NCBI GenBank assembly: GCA_964019335.1
Contig: OZ025670.1
Coordinates: 62,001-126,000 of the forward strand
Reading direction: 5' to 3'
Source of the DNA: Diplonema japonicum
Lineage: Eukaryota; Protista; Euglenozoa: Diplonemea
Length of the DNA stretch: 64,000 nt
Notes under the pieces: generated by a model
What the model saw: only the letters and a program-made list of their open reading frames with translations
What the model was told of the DNA's origin: nothing
The model's database searches: none
Shown: one piece after another, positions 1-11,845 of the stretch
How the letters are laid out: each line of letters opens with the position of its first letter
How positions within the stretch are numbered: position 1 is the stretch's first letter
Translations under genes and position numbers: made by a program

Positions 1-2674
1 GTACGAGGACAAGTTCCTGCTGGCAGAGTTTGTAACGCGGGCAGCGTGCGGCGCGGTGCTGAACTCCCTCGAGGTGTTGGGGCTGGACGGGGCGGGGCTG
101 CGGCAGATGAAGGAGTGGAGCAGAACGAAGGCCGTGACGCTGGAGTTGCGACGAGAGGAGCAGTGCACGTTTGTCAGGAAGACATCGCGGGAGGAGGAGT
201 CGAAGACGAAGCAGGTGACAAAGATTGCAGGGGTGAAGATGGAGAACAAAACGGTGACGACGATCGTGGAGTGGTTCTGGGACGTGGAGGTGAGCTGGGA
301 GCTGTGCGCCTACAGTGGGACAGAGAAGGAGAAACGTGTGACGCTGGTGCGGAGGGAGGGGGCTGTGACGCAAGTGAAGACGCTGTCGGAGACGGCGCCG
401 CACCCGAAGGTGGCGGTGAAGGATAGCATCGCATGTGAGGCGACGTGGCTACTGCAATGCCTGGACGAGGAGCTGAGGGTGGCGTTCAAGGTGAACAGGA
501 ACGGAGAGGGCTGTCACACCCCAAGAAGGAACAAGGAAGTGGAGAGAGCGGTGGGCTGCCTGGAGCAGATGATGTTGTGGTGCAGCTCTATCGCAAGCTA
601 CTTCGAGCACCACATCTTCCCGATACAGCAGAAGCACAACCTGGACCTCCCCTCTCTGCGGCAGGTGGAGAGGATCTTCGTCCCCGTGGTCCCCCTCTTG
701 GAGGCGGTAGAGAAGAATGAGAAGGCGAAGGAGCAGCGGCTGCTAGAGGTACAGAAGGATGGAGGAGAGGAAAAGGAAGGTCAAGGACAAGCACAAGGCA
801 AACACCTGACGGTGGTCGCTGCAACAAATGAGGAGGAGCAGAGCAAGTGCGCCCTCCCCTTGGGAGACCTGGAAGCCTTCTTGGGGGAGGAGAGGAGGGG
901 GCTGGCGGAAAAGAAGGACCTGCTCGCGAAAACCTTCCCTGTGGGGGAGGGGGAAGGGAGCGGGAAGCAGGGGCTGATCACAACGGTGGAGGGCCTGCTG
1001 GTGGTGGTGGTGGGACACCTGCGGGAAATCGGGGAGCGGTATCTGCTGGGGGTGGGGTACATCGAGGGGCTGCTGAGGAAGCAGCTGGTGGGGGCGATCG
1101 GGAAGGAGGTAGGGTCCGAGGACTTCGGGGCGTACATGCGGTTCCACAACAGGAAGCTGTTCCAGGAGGAGGTGGGGCCGCGCGGGTTCTGCTACTCCGT
1201 GAGACGGGGGAAGCACAGCCCCGAAGGGGTGGTCAGCATCGAGGCGAAGAAGGGGATGGATTCGGAGCCTGTGGTGACGGTGGTGCGGCGACTGCCGAAG
1301 GTAGCGGGAGAGGGGACGATGCGGTTTGCACTGAACGCGGCAACGACAGTGTCGCTGGGCGGGGAAAGGTACGTGCACGCATACATCGGGCACAGGTTCT
1401 CGACGGAGGCGATGCCAGAGCTGGAGCTGGTGGCGAGGGCACGGCAGTTCAGCGGCTACATCCTGCTGTTGGGGAGGATCGGGGGCAGGGATTTGTTCCT
1501 CCCGCAGCACGCGATGCTGGTGCAGAACAAGGACGACCTGAAGATCCCCCTCATGCTGGACGAGATCCCCACCCCGCAGGAGTTCCAAGATGCGATCGAG
1601 TCCCTGTCCCCCGAGCAGCAGCGCTTTGCGCAGGCCTACCGCTCCATGCAGCTGGAAGCGACATTGTTCGCCGTGTGCGTCGTGCAAATCAAGCCACAGC
1701 TGGAGAGGGTCCTGAACCTTCCCCCCGACAGCCTCACCAAGGAAATCAAGCTCACCCAGGACCTTCTCCAACTCTTCATCGACTACCAGATCTCCAGCGA
1801 CCTCCTGGCCTTCAAAGCAGACCCCATGGAGGACGAGGACACCATACCGGGCACAAGGAAGCTGCACGAAGTTAAAGAACATGTCGCCGCCTTGCAACAG
1901 ATGCTGAAGCAGGCTAAAGAAGAAGAGATCGAGAAGGAACGGATGTCATGCGAAAGAATGATAATGAGGGGAAATACTGAAATAGTATGTACCAGTTTAA
2001 ACAAAACACGGCTGAATGATTGGGCCTCGATAAAAAAGAAAAGAAGGTCTTCGAGATCGAAAAGCTATTCTTCTGACCCTGTACCTGCACCTGCACCTGA
2101 ACCTGCATCTGCACCCGAACCTGAGTCAGTGGTGGAGGCACCTGCGCAGGATATTTCACCCGAAACGAACGACCTTCAGGGCAACAGAAAGACGCAGCAC
2201 CACGACCCTGAGAGTGAAGGGTACGACATCAGCAGCATCCCACATGAACTGGAGGCAAGGTACAAGGAGTATGATGAGGACAACTGCCTGCGGCCCACTA
2301 TCGTGGGTGTGGGAGGGACATGGAAGAAGACGTTCCAGAAGAACCTGCTGACGAAGCCTGAGGAAGCGACGCTGGGTGCGGAGGAGCAACGGAAGGAGCG
2401 GAACAAGGCATTCGACGTGCTGGACGCTTTGACGCGGTCGGGTGCCTTGGGAGTCGAGGAGGCGGACCTGCACGTCGTTGTAGCAGCAACGCACTGCTTC
2501 GACTTGACGCTGATGGACACTGTGGTGCAGAGGAGCGTCAACCCCGTTGAGAAGGTCGAGCGGTCCACCCTCATCGTCGCCAGCACGGTGCACCAGTCAC
2601 ACCCCACCACCCTCGTCAAACAAGACCAGCTGCAGCGGCTCACCACCTACTCCACTAAACTCATGGAACACTAA
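1..2674 (+). CDS. Conserved hypothetical protein, 5'-partial (>=890 aa)
   Basis: Frame is open from position 2 to TAA 2672-2674, so the start lies upstream of the window. Globular blocks (RARQFSGYILLLG, QNKDDLKIPL, IESLSPEQQRFA, LTKEIKLTQDL) resemble an uncharacterised protist family. Confidence 0.8.
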   Translation, partial: YEDKFLLAEFVTRAACGAVLNSLEVLGLDGAGLRQMKEWSRTKAVTLELRREEQCTFVRKTSREEESKTKQVTKIAGVKMENKTVTTIVEWFWDVEVSWELCAYSGTEKEKRVTLVRREGAVTQVKTLSETAPHPKVAVKDSIACEATWLLQCLDEELRVAFKVNRNGEGCHTPRRNKEVERAVGCLEQMMLWCSSIASYFEHHIFPIQQKHNLDLPSLRQVERIFVPVVPLLEAVEKNEKAKEQRLLEVQKDGGEEKEGQGQAQGKHLTVVAATNEEEQSKCALPLGDLEAFLGEERRGLAEKKDLLAKTFPVGEGEGSGKQGLITTVEGLLVVVVGHLREIGERYLLGVGYIEGLLRKQLVGAIGKEVGSEDFGAYMRFHNRKLFQEEVGPRGFCYSVRRGKHSPEGVVSIEAKKGMDSEPVVTVVRRLPKVAGEGTMRFALNAATTVSLGGERYVHAYIGHRFSTEAMPELELVARARQFSGYILLLGRIGGRDLFLPQHAMLVQNKDDLKIPLMLDEIPTPQEFQDAIESLSPEQQRFAQAYRSMQLEATLFAVCVVQIKPQLERVLNLPPDSLTKEIKLTQDLLQLFIDYQISSDLLAFKADPMEDEDTIPGTRKLHEVKEHVAALQQMLKQAKEEEIEKERMSCERMIMRGNTEIVCTSLNKTRLNDWASIKKKRRSSRSKSYSSDPVPAPAPEPASAPEPESVVEAPAQDISPETNDLQGNRKTQHHDPESEGYDISSIPHELEARYKEYDEDNCLRPTIVGVGGTWKKTFQKNLLTKPEEATLGAEEQRKERNKAFDVLDALTRSGALGVEEADLHVVVAATHCFDLTLMDTVVQRSVNPVEKVERSTLIVASTVHQSHPTTLVKQDQLQRLTTYSTKLMEH

Positions 2675-3375
2675 TAACGATACCAACGAGAACAGAGCCA
2701 TCTCTCTATCCGTCCCTTGCGCGACTTGGCTCCCTTCAAGAAACAAAGAAGAAGAAAAATAGAGGAAATTAAAAAAAAAAAGTGTCATGTTTTAGGGCAG
2801 GGGTTTTCTATCTCTTTTTTATATTTGTAATCAAGTAGATAGTGCTTGTGCAGGGTACCACCAACACTGGGCTCCTTTATCTCTTATATATTTATATTTC
2901 TTTTCTTATTTACTCCCCTTGCCTCCGACTTTTTTTTATACGTCGTGTTTCCCCCCCTCCTTTTTTTTTAAGAAGCCGCAGAACTTTATATGTCTAGGTT
3001 TTTAAACTCTCAATTTGTTGTTTCACCATCGTCGGCCCCTCCCCACAATAGGTGCTGAATCAGTAAAGTAAAATTGAGAGAAGTGAAGAGAAAAAAAGGC
3101 CATACCTTAATCCCATGCTAGCTAATGGAAGTTTCACTCAAAGCAACATAATTTTTATGAACAGACCCGTTGTTGTTGTTTCGAGGCGCTCTTTTTCTTT
3201 CACTCTCCCACTCCCCCTATTCTTACCTAACACCTCTTTTTTTTTTTTTCCTTCCTTTTTTTCTTCCCTTTTCTTTTTTTATTTATCTCCAACAACGTTC
3301 TTACCCACCTTTTTCCTTCTTTTAAAACTGTGCATTAACAAAAATCTTGACCCCATCCTCAGGCTGGAAATAACA

Positions 3376-6300
3376 ATGGAGCAAGATGCTCACGAGAACT
3401 CCGACCCGGGTGAGGAGATTCAGCCACCTGGTCAGGTGATCCTGGCGCAATTGAACGCGCTTTATGAAGATAAAGTGGAGATTGTGGTGCAGAGGCTGAT
3501 GGAGAACTTGCAGCAAGGGGGGTTGAGTGCAGAGGCCGCGTCTGAAGAGCTTGTGTACTCGCTGCTGAACGAACCTTCGTTTGTTTACATGATTTGGAGG
3601 CTGATTCTTACTGACGAAGGGTACCAGAAGACAGAGGAAGAACTGGTTGACGCAGAAGATGCCAACGAGTTACTCGACTGGCTGAAGAGCTTCGGCGGTG
3701 GTGTCATCAATGCAGAAGATGTCGATGTACTGCTCTGCACCTACCACCCCAATAAATACGCGGAACTCTTAGAGTACCTCATGGAACAGTACCCGCACGT
3801 GCCGCAGGTGGAGTTCTTCTACCTCAAAAACAAGCTGCAGAGGCTTAACGATGAGCTCTCGAAGGATATTATCGACCCCGACGAGGAAGAGCTACATTTG
3901 GTGGGCGAAATCACCCACAGGGGGAAACCTAAAATCCCACCCCCCCTCCAGCCCATCCAAGGTCGCGACGGGTCCCGCCAAGCCATCCCCAAATACCGGA
4001 AGAAAAACGGGCGCACCAAATGGCTTTACGAGAATGCGAGAATCGCGCGGATGTATCAGCAACACTTCCGCAAACGGGGCATCATCAGCGTTATCCAGGA
4101 GATAGGTGTCTCTCCTTGGTTCCGAATATTCTTCACAATATGGCTCATCTCGGCTACTGCGCTCGCTGTGGTCGCCGGCTGGCACTGCCTGTTCGTGATG
4201 TTGACAAGGATGTTCTTGCCAGTAGATGGAAACTACTTCATTGTGCTCGCCATCTTCTCCTGCTTCGTCCTGTCTGTCAACTTCGCAGGCTCTTTCTTCA
4301 CCGCCATGGACCGTGTCCTCAACGGCTGGATTTTCCTCGATGACGAGACCTACTTCGGGGATCAAGACTACTCTGCAGAGTACAACAGGAAGATCGAGGA
4401 CGAAGGGCTGGATTCAATGCAGCCCGTTTCAAACCCCCCTGAGCTCACACAGTGCCCTCACCTCCTCCCTTGTGTTCAGGAACGCACGTTCCTCATGCTC
4501 CCCGGCGGAAAGAAGGGGTGGGTGAGAAGGGAATTGTGGCTCTCTATCATTGTCCTCACATCTACAATCCTCCCTTTCCTGTACTCCTTGATCTGGGTGG
4601 CTGCTGACTCGGAGAACATCTACGAGGCCATCGGCGTTTTCGCGCACTGGAACATCATGAACGCTTTGTTCCTGACCTTCTCCTACTGGTTGTACATGTG
4701 GTACTACGCAATGCGGAAGAAGTACGGTGCATGGCGGCGTAACAAGGAGTCTGATGTGAGCTGGTCTGTCGACCTGGACTTCTTGCAAGAGTACGGCCTC
4801 GACGAGCGCACTGTGAGGCGCAACATAGTGCTCATCGTGGTGTCAATTGTCCCCCTGCTCATCACCTTCTGGATGGTGGCGTACGATGACCTGCACGTGA
4901 CAACCCCCTGGATCATCACCGCCGCCTCTATCACCATCCTCCTCATGTGCCTGCGTGAGGTATGGATGAGCGACTCCTGGAAGGAGAGGATCCCGTACGT
5001 CATTGCAGGGCTCATCTTCGTCTTCTTTGTCGTGGGACTCATCGGCAGCATTGTGTCAGGCCGTGGCATCATTGCGGTGTTCCTGCTGTTGGCGATGATG
5101 ACGCAGATGCTGACGGTGAGGCACAGGCCCATTGCCAACGTCGATGAGCTTATGTGGCTGTTCGAGTTCCTGAAGACGGTCTACGAACGTGTCCTCATCA
5201 CGGACGAGGACGCACCACCTTCCACACGCGGTGCTGAGCCCAAGACACCTGGTGCACTGCAGCGAGACGTGCGCAAGAAGCTCAACAAGACGCTGCGGAC
5301 AGAGCGCCGCCGTGCTGCGGAGACAGACCCCAACAGAGAGGGTACCATGGTGCCATGCATGAGCCTGCTAACAGCACTGTGTTCCTTCCCGTGGTGCGTC
5401 AAGAAATGTACATCAAGTGCGGAAAAGGACAGCGAGCCTGTTGAAGACCCTGAGGAAGTGAACAGGGGACACTGGCGCCTCTCAAAGAGGTACTGGGGCG
5501 ACGACGCCATCCCGCCGACATCAGACGCTAAAGGACGCTACGAGCCTACTGACAAGCTGATCCAGACCATGTCACCCAAGCTAGCGGGGTGGTTTGTGCT
5601 CGTGTTCCTTGTCTGGTGCATTGTCGCTTTTGTGCTGGCCAGCACCCTGTCGCAGCCCTCCACGACACCCTCGACTGCTGCCAGCAGCGGGGCTTCGACG
5701 GCGCTGACCTACCCTGTATGCCAGGTGAGGATCCCAGACACCAACTTTAACGTTGTGGACATTGCAAGACTCGTGCAGGCGGCGAACACAGGGCGCAATG
5801 CGTACATCTCCCACGCACGTGCCATGTCAGCTGCGTCGATGGATGTCAGCGACGACAAGGGATACTACGGTGCCACGTGGACCAACTTGACCATATTGGT
5901 CATCAGTACAAAGCTGGAGAACGAGTTCATGCTGCGGGACCTGGACCTCTGGGGCGACAGCATGGCGTTCCAGGTGTTCTCGGCAGTGGTGCCATTCGCG
6001 AGGTTCTTCGGGAACGACATCACTGAGCGGTTTGTGGACGGGCTGAGGTTCATGAAGCGGGCAATGGACCCGACGGACGTGGAGGAGAAGGACGCGATGT
6101 ACGGGCTGACGGTGGTTGTCCAGAAGCATCAGGCGAACCAGAACAAGGTCATCATCGCAGGGCACGGGACAAACGGTGGCGTGGCCAAGATCCTGGCAGC
6201 ACGGACAGGGTCAAGGGCAGTGACTTTTAACGCCCCAGGCACACACTGGCTCGAAAGACGATTCCCTGCAAAGAGCAACATCATGAATGAGATCAACATC

Positions 6301-6552
6301 ATCGCCGATAATGATGTGGCCAGCGACGTGGACGTGCAGACGGGTGCCCAGCAGATCATCAAGTATGGTTATGTTGTTCATTTTTATAATTTCCCCCTTC
6401 TTCACAGGTGTGATAAGGACAGCAAGGCGGACTGCTTCAGCCTGGACCACACAATCTGCCAGTTGGACAACTCCTGCTTTGGGAAAACTGAGGTGTGTAA
6501 AAAAGGAGATTGCGGAAATGCTAACACGAACCACACATCACAGACATGTTGA
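3376..6552 (+). CDS. Polytopic membrane protein with C-terminal class-3/Atg15-like lipase fold (degenerate nucleophile motif)
   Basis: Likely ATG 3376 (MEQDAH); many hydrophobic segments; IIAGHGTNGG...AVTFNAPG motif; 45-nt intron 6363-6407 (GTATGG...CACAG). Confidence 0.75.
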   Translation: MEQDAHENSDPGEEIQPPGQVILAQLNALYEDKVEIVVQRLMENLQQGGLSAEAASEELVYSLLNEPSFVYMIWRLILTDEGYQKTEEELVDAEDANELLDWLKSFGGGVINAEDVDVLLCTYHPNKYAELLEYLMEQYPHVPQVEFFYLKNKLQRLNDELSKDIIDPDEEELHLVGEITHRGKPKIPPPLQPIQGRDGSRQAIPKYRKKNGRTKWLYENARIARMYQQHFRKRGIISVIQEIGVSPWFRIFFTIWLISATALAVVAGWHCLFVMLTRMFLPVDGNYFIVLAIFSCFVLSVNFAGSFFTAMDRVLNGWIFLDDETYFGDQDYSAEYNRKIEDEGLDSMQPVSNPPELTQCPHLLPCVQERTFLMLPGGKKGWVRRELWLSIIVLTSTILPFLYSLIWVAADSENIYEAIGVFAHWNIMNALFLTFSYWLYMWYYAMRKKYGAWRRNKESDVSWSVDLDFLQEYGLDERTVRRNIVLIVVSIVPLLITFWMVAYDDLHVTTPWIITAASITILLMCLREVWMSDSWKERIPYVIAGLIFVFFVVGLIGSIVSGRGIIAVFLLLAMMTQMLTVRHRPIANVDELMWLFEFLKTVYERVLITDEDAPPSTRGAEPKTPGALQRDVRKKLNKTLRTERRRAAETDPNREGTMVPCMSLLTALCSFPWCVKKCTSSAEKDSEPVEDPEEVNRGHWRLSKRYWGDDAIPPTSDAKGRYEPTDKLIQTMSPKLAGWFVLVFLVWCIVAFVLASTLSQPSTTPSTAASSGASTALTYPVCQVRIPDTNFNVVDIARLVQAANTGRNAYISHARAMSAASMDVSDDKGYYGATWTNLTILVISTKLENEFMLRDLDLWGDSMAFQVFSAVVPFARFFGNDITERFVDGLRFMKRAMDPTDVEEKDAMYGLTVVVQKHQANQNKVIIAGHGTNGGVAKILAARTGSRAVTFNAPGTHWLERRFPAKSNIMNEINIIADNDVASDVDVQTGAQQIIKYGYVVHFYNFPLLHRCDKDSKADCFSLDHTICQLDNSCFGKTEVCKKGDCGNANTNHTSQTC

Positions 6553-6629
6553 AAGAAGAAAGGTCATAAAATAAATACAAAAAGGGGCTCATGATGCTAT
6601 CATTTTCATTAGAGATTTTTTTTTTTTGC

Positions 6630-8216
6630 ATGGACGGCGAGCACAGGGCCAAGCCCCTTGTGGGAATGGAGCGGGCGTGCGGAAGGCTGGCTGCCATGCC
6701 GTTGGGATTCTCACAGAAGGCAAGGATCATCTCCAGCTCCATCCTCCCCTCTTGCCTCTACGGTGTTGCGTATGCCCCCCCCTCGAAAGTGGATGCAGGC
6801 ACAATCCGGTCGAGAGTAGCGACATGCCTCTGGGGACCGAAGTTCAAGATGCGCTCACCGTGTGCTGTAGCGAACATCTTGCTGCCGGGGCACACGACGG
6901 ACCCGCTGGTGGTGACGCTTTATCGACTGTTGTGCACGGTGGTGAAGGTTGGTAGGTCGGATGCAGAGCTGTGGGACCGGATGGGAAGGTGTGCCGCCCT
7001 GTACCTGCAGAGCGACGTGGAGGCCCAGGGACCAGTGGGAACTCTAGTGAGACGATGGCTGCCGGCGGTCGGGAAGAGCTGGAGTTTTGTGGAAGGGCTG
7101 CGTACCACGACCGAGCGGGAACGCAAACACGAGATCCGCCGAGTGGCACGGGCCATGACAGCAGCGGAACAAGCAGAAGGGAGGACCTCCTACAGCGGCA
7201 TGCCAGAGGGGGCCGACCCGGTCACGAACGGGTGGTGGAGGGCGCTCGCGAACAACCCGATGGCGGCGTACAGGTTGAGGAGGCTGATTGCTGGGGCGGT
7301 GTTTGCGGTGTACCCTGCGGTGCGGGGAGTGGCGGAGGGGCCGGACAACCCGCTGCAGCACCTCTGTGACGTGTGTGGGGAGCGTTACGGCAGCTACACC
7401 GAGGTGCTGGAGCACGCCCTCTGGCGATGCGAACTCGGAGATGCGGTGCGGGGCAAGGCAGAGTATGCGAGTCTCGACCCGGCGACCATGCCGAACGCGA
7501 CGACGCTCCACGGGATAGTGCCCAGGGGATGCCAAGACAAGCCGAGGGCCCTGTTGGTGCAAAGGTACCTGCTGGAGGTGGTCACACTGAGGGATACGGC
7601 GGTGGAAGCGAACCGCGCATTGCAGACGCAGACATACCCGTGGCGGGTGGTCGTGACGGGAAGGGCACACCCGACGCCGACGGTGGCCGAATTACGTGGG
7701 CTGGGAGCATCGGGGAAGGTGATGGACAGGCTGCTGGGGCCGGTGCTGAGGTGGCTGAGTGGCTTGCTGTGGGATGACGCCCCTGGACGGCACACGACGG
7801 TTACGACGCTGGAGCTTGCCCTCGACTTCGAGCGGGAGACGGAGCTGCCGCTAGACGACGGCGGGGAAGTGGGCAAGGTGGAGGACCTGGGCGTCAAGGC
7901 AAGGAGGCTGAGGTATGTGCTGAGACGTGTCCAGGACCTGTACCACGCTGATGGCAGAAGGACGGCGTTCCCAGCAGCGCGAGTGGATCGCGTCAACTCC
8001 CTGCGCTGTATAGGAGGACCGACCACACACGGGTATGACAGGAGGCCAGTACTCCCGGAGCGAACCATGAGCAGCATCGAAGGCTTGCGTGACACGTACC
8101 TGTCGCAGACCCCGACAAGGCTGCCCCGCAGTTTTACCACCGCAGTAGGAACCCGCCAGAGCCCCCAGAACGGGGACAACGGGGACTAAGAACAGCGCGG
8201 CCGGTGAGCGCAAAAA
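6630..8216 (+). mobile_element. 5'-truncated non-LTR retrotransposon (LINE ORF2 C-terminal part)
   Basis: ORF 6630-8189 has RT-thumb-like sequence (ILPSCLYG...CLWG) and a LINE-type zinc knuckle CDVC...EVLEHALWRC, but no RT catalytic core. Sharp GC-rich boundary after a T tract; short A run after the stop. Confidence 0.6.
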
Positions 8217-8340
8217 CGCATACCTTAAAAGAATAGTTTTTTTTTTTTTTTTTGTTTTGTTGTAAACACCTTTTCTTTTTTTTTTTTCTTTGTGTGTCCT
8301 CTTCTTCCCTTAAGTCTTGGAGAACGAGAAAAAAAAGAAG

Positions 8341-8372
<32 letters not shown>

Positions 8373-9679
8373 AGTTTTGATATTTTTTTATGAGCAAGCA
8401 CACTTGGACTGGTGTTTTCTTTTATTTAACCCCGTTGCCGCCATTCCTGTTCTACTTTCTTATTTTACACTCATTTTCGTTTTTCTTTTCTTTTTCTTTC
8501 TTTCTTTTCTCCTCCTTTCCCGCCACTAGTGCATGCAAGCAATTGCCGAAATGGGGGGGTTTTTTTCTTCTTTTTTTCTTCTTTTTTTCTTCTTTTTTTT
8601 TTCCCTTTCTCTCTTCTTGACAGCTTTTTACTTTGTGTCTTTCAGTTTTTTGTTGCCCCAATAAACTTCCCTTCTCTTTTTTTTTTTTTTCGTGTAGAAG
8701 AAAAAAAAGAGGGGCAAAGTGGCACAGATAGCAAGGTAAAAAGAATGACGAAATAAACAGGCAGAACTTCTTAGGTGGGAAAGAGGAAGGAAAAGGAAGA
8801 CGGAAAAGAGCTAGATTTTTAATTTTTATTTATTTTTTTTATTTTTTCTCAAAAAAAAAAATCTGCCTTGATTCCTGTTCGTAACAAAAAAAGGGGCAGA
8901 ATGAAAGAGAGAGAATACAAAAAAAAAGTTGTTTTTTTTATCGAAAGATGGAATGGCATGAAATAGTAGAAATTGACAAATTTGTAAGATATGTTCCCCC
9001 TCCCCCTCCTCCCTCCCCCCTCCCCCTTTTTTTTCGCGTCCCCGTGTTAAGGTGAGGGGGAAAAAATCAAAAGGGGGAGGGACCAAGAAACAATGGACCC
9101 CCCTTTCTTCCCCTCGCCACCCCCTTCATACTAACCCTTGTGTTATGTGGAAATCATACAGGTGGAACAAATAAAATAGAAAAATAAAAATAAAAAAGGG
9201 GGGTGGTGACAACCCCCGAGCGAATACCCGAACTTCCCTTTTTAAAAAAAAAAAAGTAAAATGAGCTTTAAGAAGAAATGATAATTGCAATTCAGGAGGG
9301 GTTACTGTGGAAAGTTGCCCCCCCCCCCCCCCCCGGTCCCTGATGGCTACTACCTTTTTTTAAGGAGTGGGTTTGGTGTGTGAATTCTTTCTCCTCTTTC
9401 TTCTTTTCTCTCTCTCTCTTTTTTTTTCCCCCCCTCGCCCCTATTCCTCTACAAATAGACAGAATATATATTTTTTTTTCTTTCTTTTTCCTGTCCCGCC
9501 CATGCCCATTCCCTCCCCCGTTGTTATTTCCCCCCTCCTTTACTTTCCCCCACACACCATCCCTTCTCTTTTTTTTGTTGGTGATCCTTCCCCCCCCCCC
9601 CCCCCCCCGTTTCTCCCATCTTCTTAATCCACGGCAAGAATAATGACGAGGAAAAAGAATATAGGCTAATGCTAAAAAA

Positions 9680-10678
9680 ATGAACCATGAAACGATAGTG
9701 ATTTACGACCAAGAAGCTGAAAGAATTGAAAAGGTAAGAAGGCTCTTAACCCCAGTAAAGGGATCACCGACGAGAAAATACAGGAAGGAAGAGCCCCCCC
9801 CGCATGCAGTGCGTGATGTGCCTGTGGACGTGTACAGGGAATGGGAAATCGTAGACCGGCCAAAGGGGCTGCCTAGCGGTGACACTCAAATGCCTCGTGA
9901 CTTAGAGAACGTCCTCTCTGAGCTAAGGCACGACACCATGGTGAGGGGAGGGTTGTGGAAAGTAAAGAAGGATCTTGAAAAGGTGGTCATCGAGACATCC
10001 CCCCGTCGGCCGCGTCCCGAGATCCTTGCAGAGTTGCTCCCTCCTATTGTGGACGAGAGCTTGACAGATATCAAAAGCGTCCCACTCGCAGAATCACCAC
10101 AAACAGGCAACAGACACCTCCCCGGCCACCTCTACAACAATCTTTCACAAACAAAGATCAACAAGGTCATCAATGACTCCCCCGAGCGCTCGCGCATCCC
10201 TTCCATCAACGAGGTGGTGGTGCGGAACCCTCGCCACTGGACAATGGGCACACAGGACGGGCATGGCAGGGGTTGCGTCCTCAAAGTCGACCCGCAGTGG
10301 GTGTGGGTTAGATGGAATGCTACGGGTGATGGTTGTTATAGGCACAGCCAAGTCCAACCGCTCACCACGCCACCTACCTATCACACCCCCCCCGCACCTA
10401 AAGAGAAATCGGAGCTGCCCCTCACGGAAGGCCAGCTTCAGGTTCTCAAAGAAGCTGCAATGCTGATACACCCGTCGCCACCCCCCCACAAGGTCCCCGC
10501 CTCGCCTACCACGCAGGCACCCAAACACCATCTGCAGTGCGGGTGCCATGCGGTTGTCATCCCATCGGACCACCCGCACACCCCCTTCAGGGGGCACCCC
10601 CAGTACATCCCTGACGGCGAGACGCTCCGCGCAGACATCGTAGACAGAGTCGCTGCCATGATGGCGCAGAGGCAGTAG
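9680..10678 (+). CDS. Hypothetical protein with MIB/HERC2-like domain
   Basis: VVVRNPRHWTMGTQDGHGRGCV...VWVRWNATGDGCYR fits the MIB/HERC2 pattern (VVRGPDW.WG.QDG...V.W...YR). Confidence 0.65.
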   Translation: MNHETIVIYDQEAERIEKVRRLLTPVKGSPTRKYRKEEPPPHAVRDVPVDVYREWEIVDRPKGLPSGDTQMPRDLENVLSELRHDTMVRGGLWKVKKDLEKVVIETSPRRPRPEILAELLPPIVDESLTDIKSVPLAESPQTGNRHLPGHLYNNLSQTKINKVINDSPERSRIPSINEVVVRNPRHWTMGTQDGHGRGCVLKVDPQWVWVRWNATGDGCYRHSQVQPLTTPPTYHTPPAPKEKSELPLTEGQLQVLKEAAMLIHPSPPPHKVPASPTTQAPKHHLQCGCHAVVIPSDHPHTPFRGHPQYIPDGETLRADIVDRVAAMMAQRQ

Positions 10679-10698
10679 TCTAGCCAGCACGAACGTTG

Positions 10699-11845
10699 AT
10701 GTACCTGTTGTATTTGTATTCAATCTATCTCCTTGAACACACGCACTGCATGCAGGAGGGACAATTATCCAATCGGTCTTCCAAGCAGCACTGCCCCTGA
10801 CCAGGGCGACGGGGCGTCTGCGAGGGTGCAGCGGAGTAGTGTAGCAAAGCGCAGGGGGGTGGTGGTGGAACCCCCGGTGAGGGAACTGCGGGCGAAGGGT
10901 GCCGATGACGGGTGGGCCGATAAGATGGTGTGGATCATCCCGTTGATGCTGGGCATCCTCGGGTTCGCAGCACTGGCTAGGTACGAACAGGTCCACACGG
11001 AGGACAAGCATCTCCTGCGAACGACGAACATCGAGGCTTTCAACGACAGCGTCAGAGTGTGGGAGGCGGCGTATGCTGACTTCCAGACCCTGAAACCTTC
11101 TGTCGCCCGCCTATCGCTGAGCGAGGACGTGCTGGACATCCCACCGGACACCGCAGAGGAGAGGTTCTCAGATAAGTCGAACGACTTCGCACAGTACCAC
11201 CCCCTTAAGTACAAGATTTCAGCCCCATTAATGACAGAAGCTAACAGCTGGGAAGAGCTCACCGTTAATGGTGTGCAGTTCCCCCCCATCGAGGGTGTGC
11301 CCAGTGAGGTAGTTCTCAGCATGTCAAACACAATCAACTTAGGGAACTGGAAACAGTGCCACTACGGCCGTAAGGGCGCCTACCAGATCAAAGGCAACCA
11401 CACATGCACGGTGCACTACAAGCTGAGGTCTGTCTGCCTGCTCACGGAGAAGGTGGGGAAGCAGTGGGTGTACAAAGGTGGGTGTCATGACAACGGTGAC
11501 ATGCTGTCATACGAGGTGGCGTCTTGCTCACGGGACGCGCCTCCAAGGCTGCTCTACATCAGCACGGTCAGTGTGACGGTGCGGCATGCAGCGGATCCCT
11601 TTTTGCTGGCAAAGAAGCTCACGAATGGGAAGTTGCACTTCGGCGAGTCGCGAGCGGAGTCACGGCGAGTCACCACCGTCCTGTACACTATTTCAATAGT
11701 GCTCCTCGGGGTGTTTTTCGCCATCGCAGTAGCGCAAGCAGACTATATGCAAACCTGCCAGTTCCTGTGCCCACCACCTGTCGCAGAGAAGCTTTCTCCT
11801 TCTGCCGGGGGCTCGCATGTTTCTATTGAAATGGGTGAAAGGTAA
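10699..11845 (+). CDS. Hypothetical two-TM membrane protein with Cys-containing ectodomain
   Basis: 370-codon open frame with two hydrophobic segments. Start is uncertain: either ATG 10699 with a 46-nt intron 10710-10755 that restores frame, or ATG 10925. Confidence 0.6.

Noticed and set aside
1940-2160. AT-richer patch with GTATGT (1985) in the first gene, as a possible intron
   Set aside because: The frame is open and no typical ACAG acceptor lies at the usual distance; more likely a variable linker.
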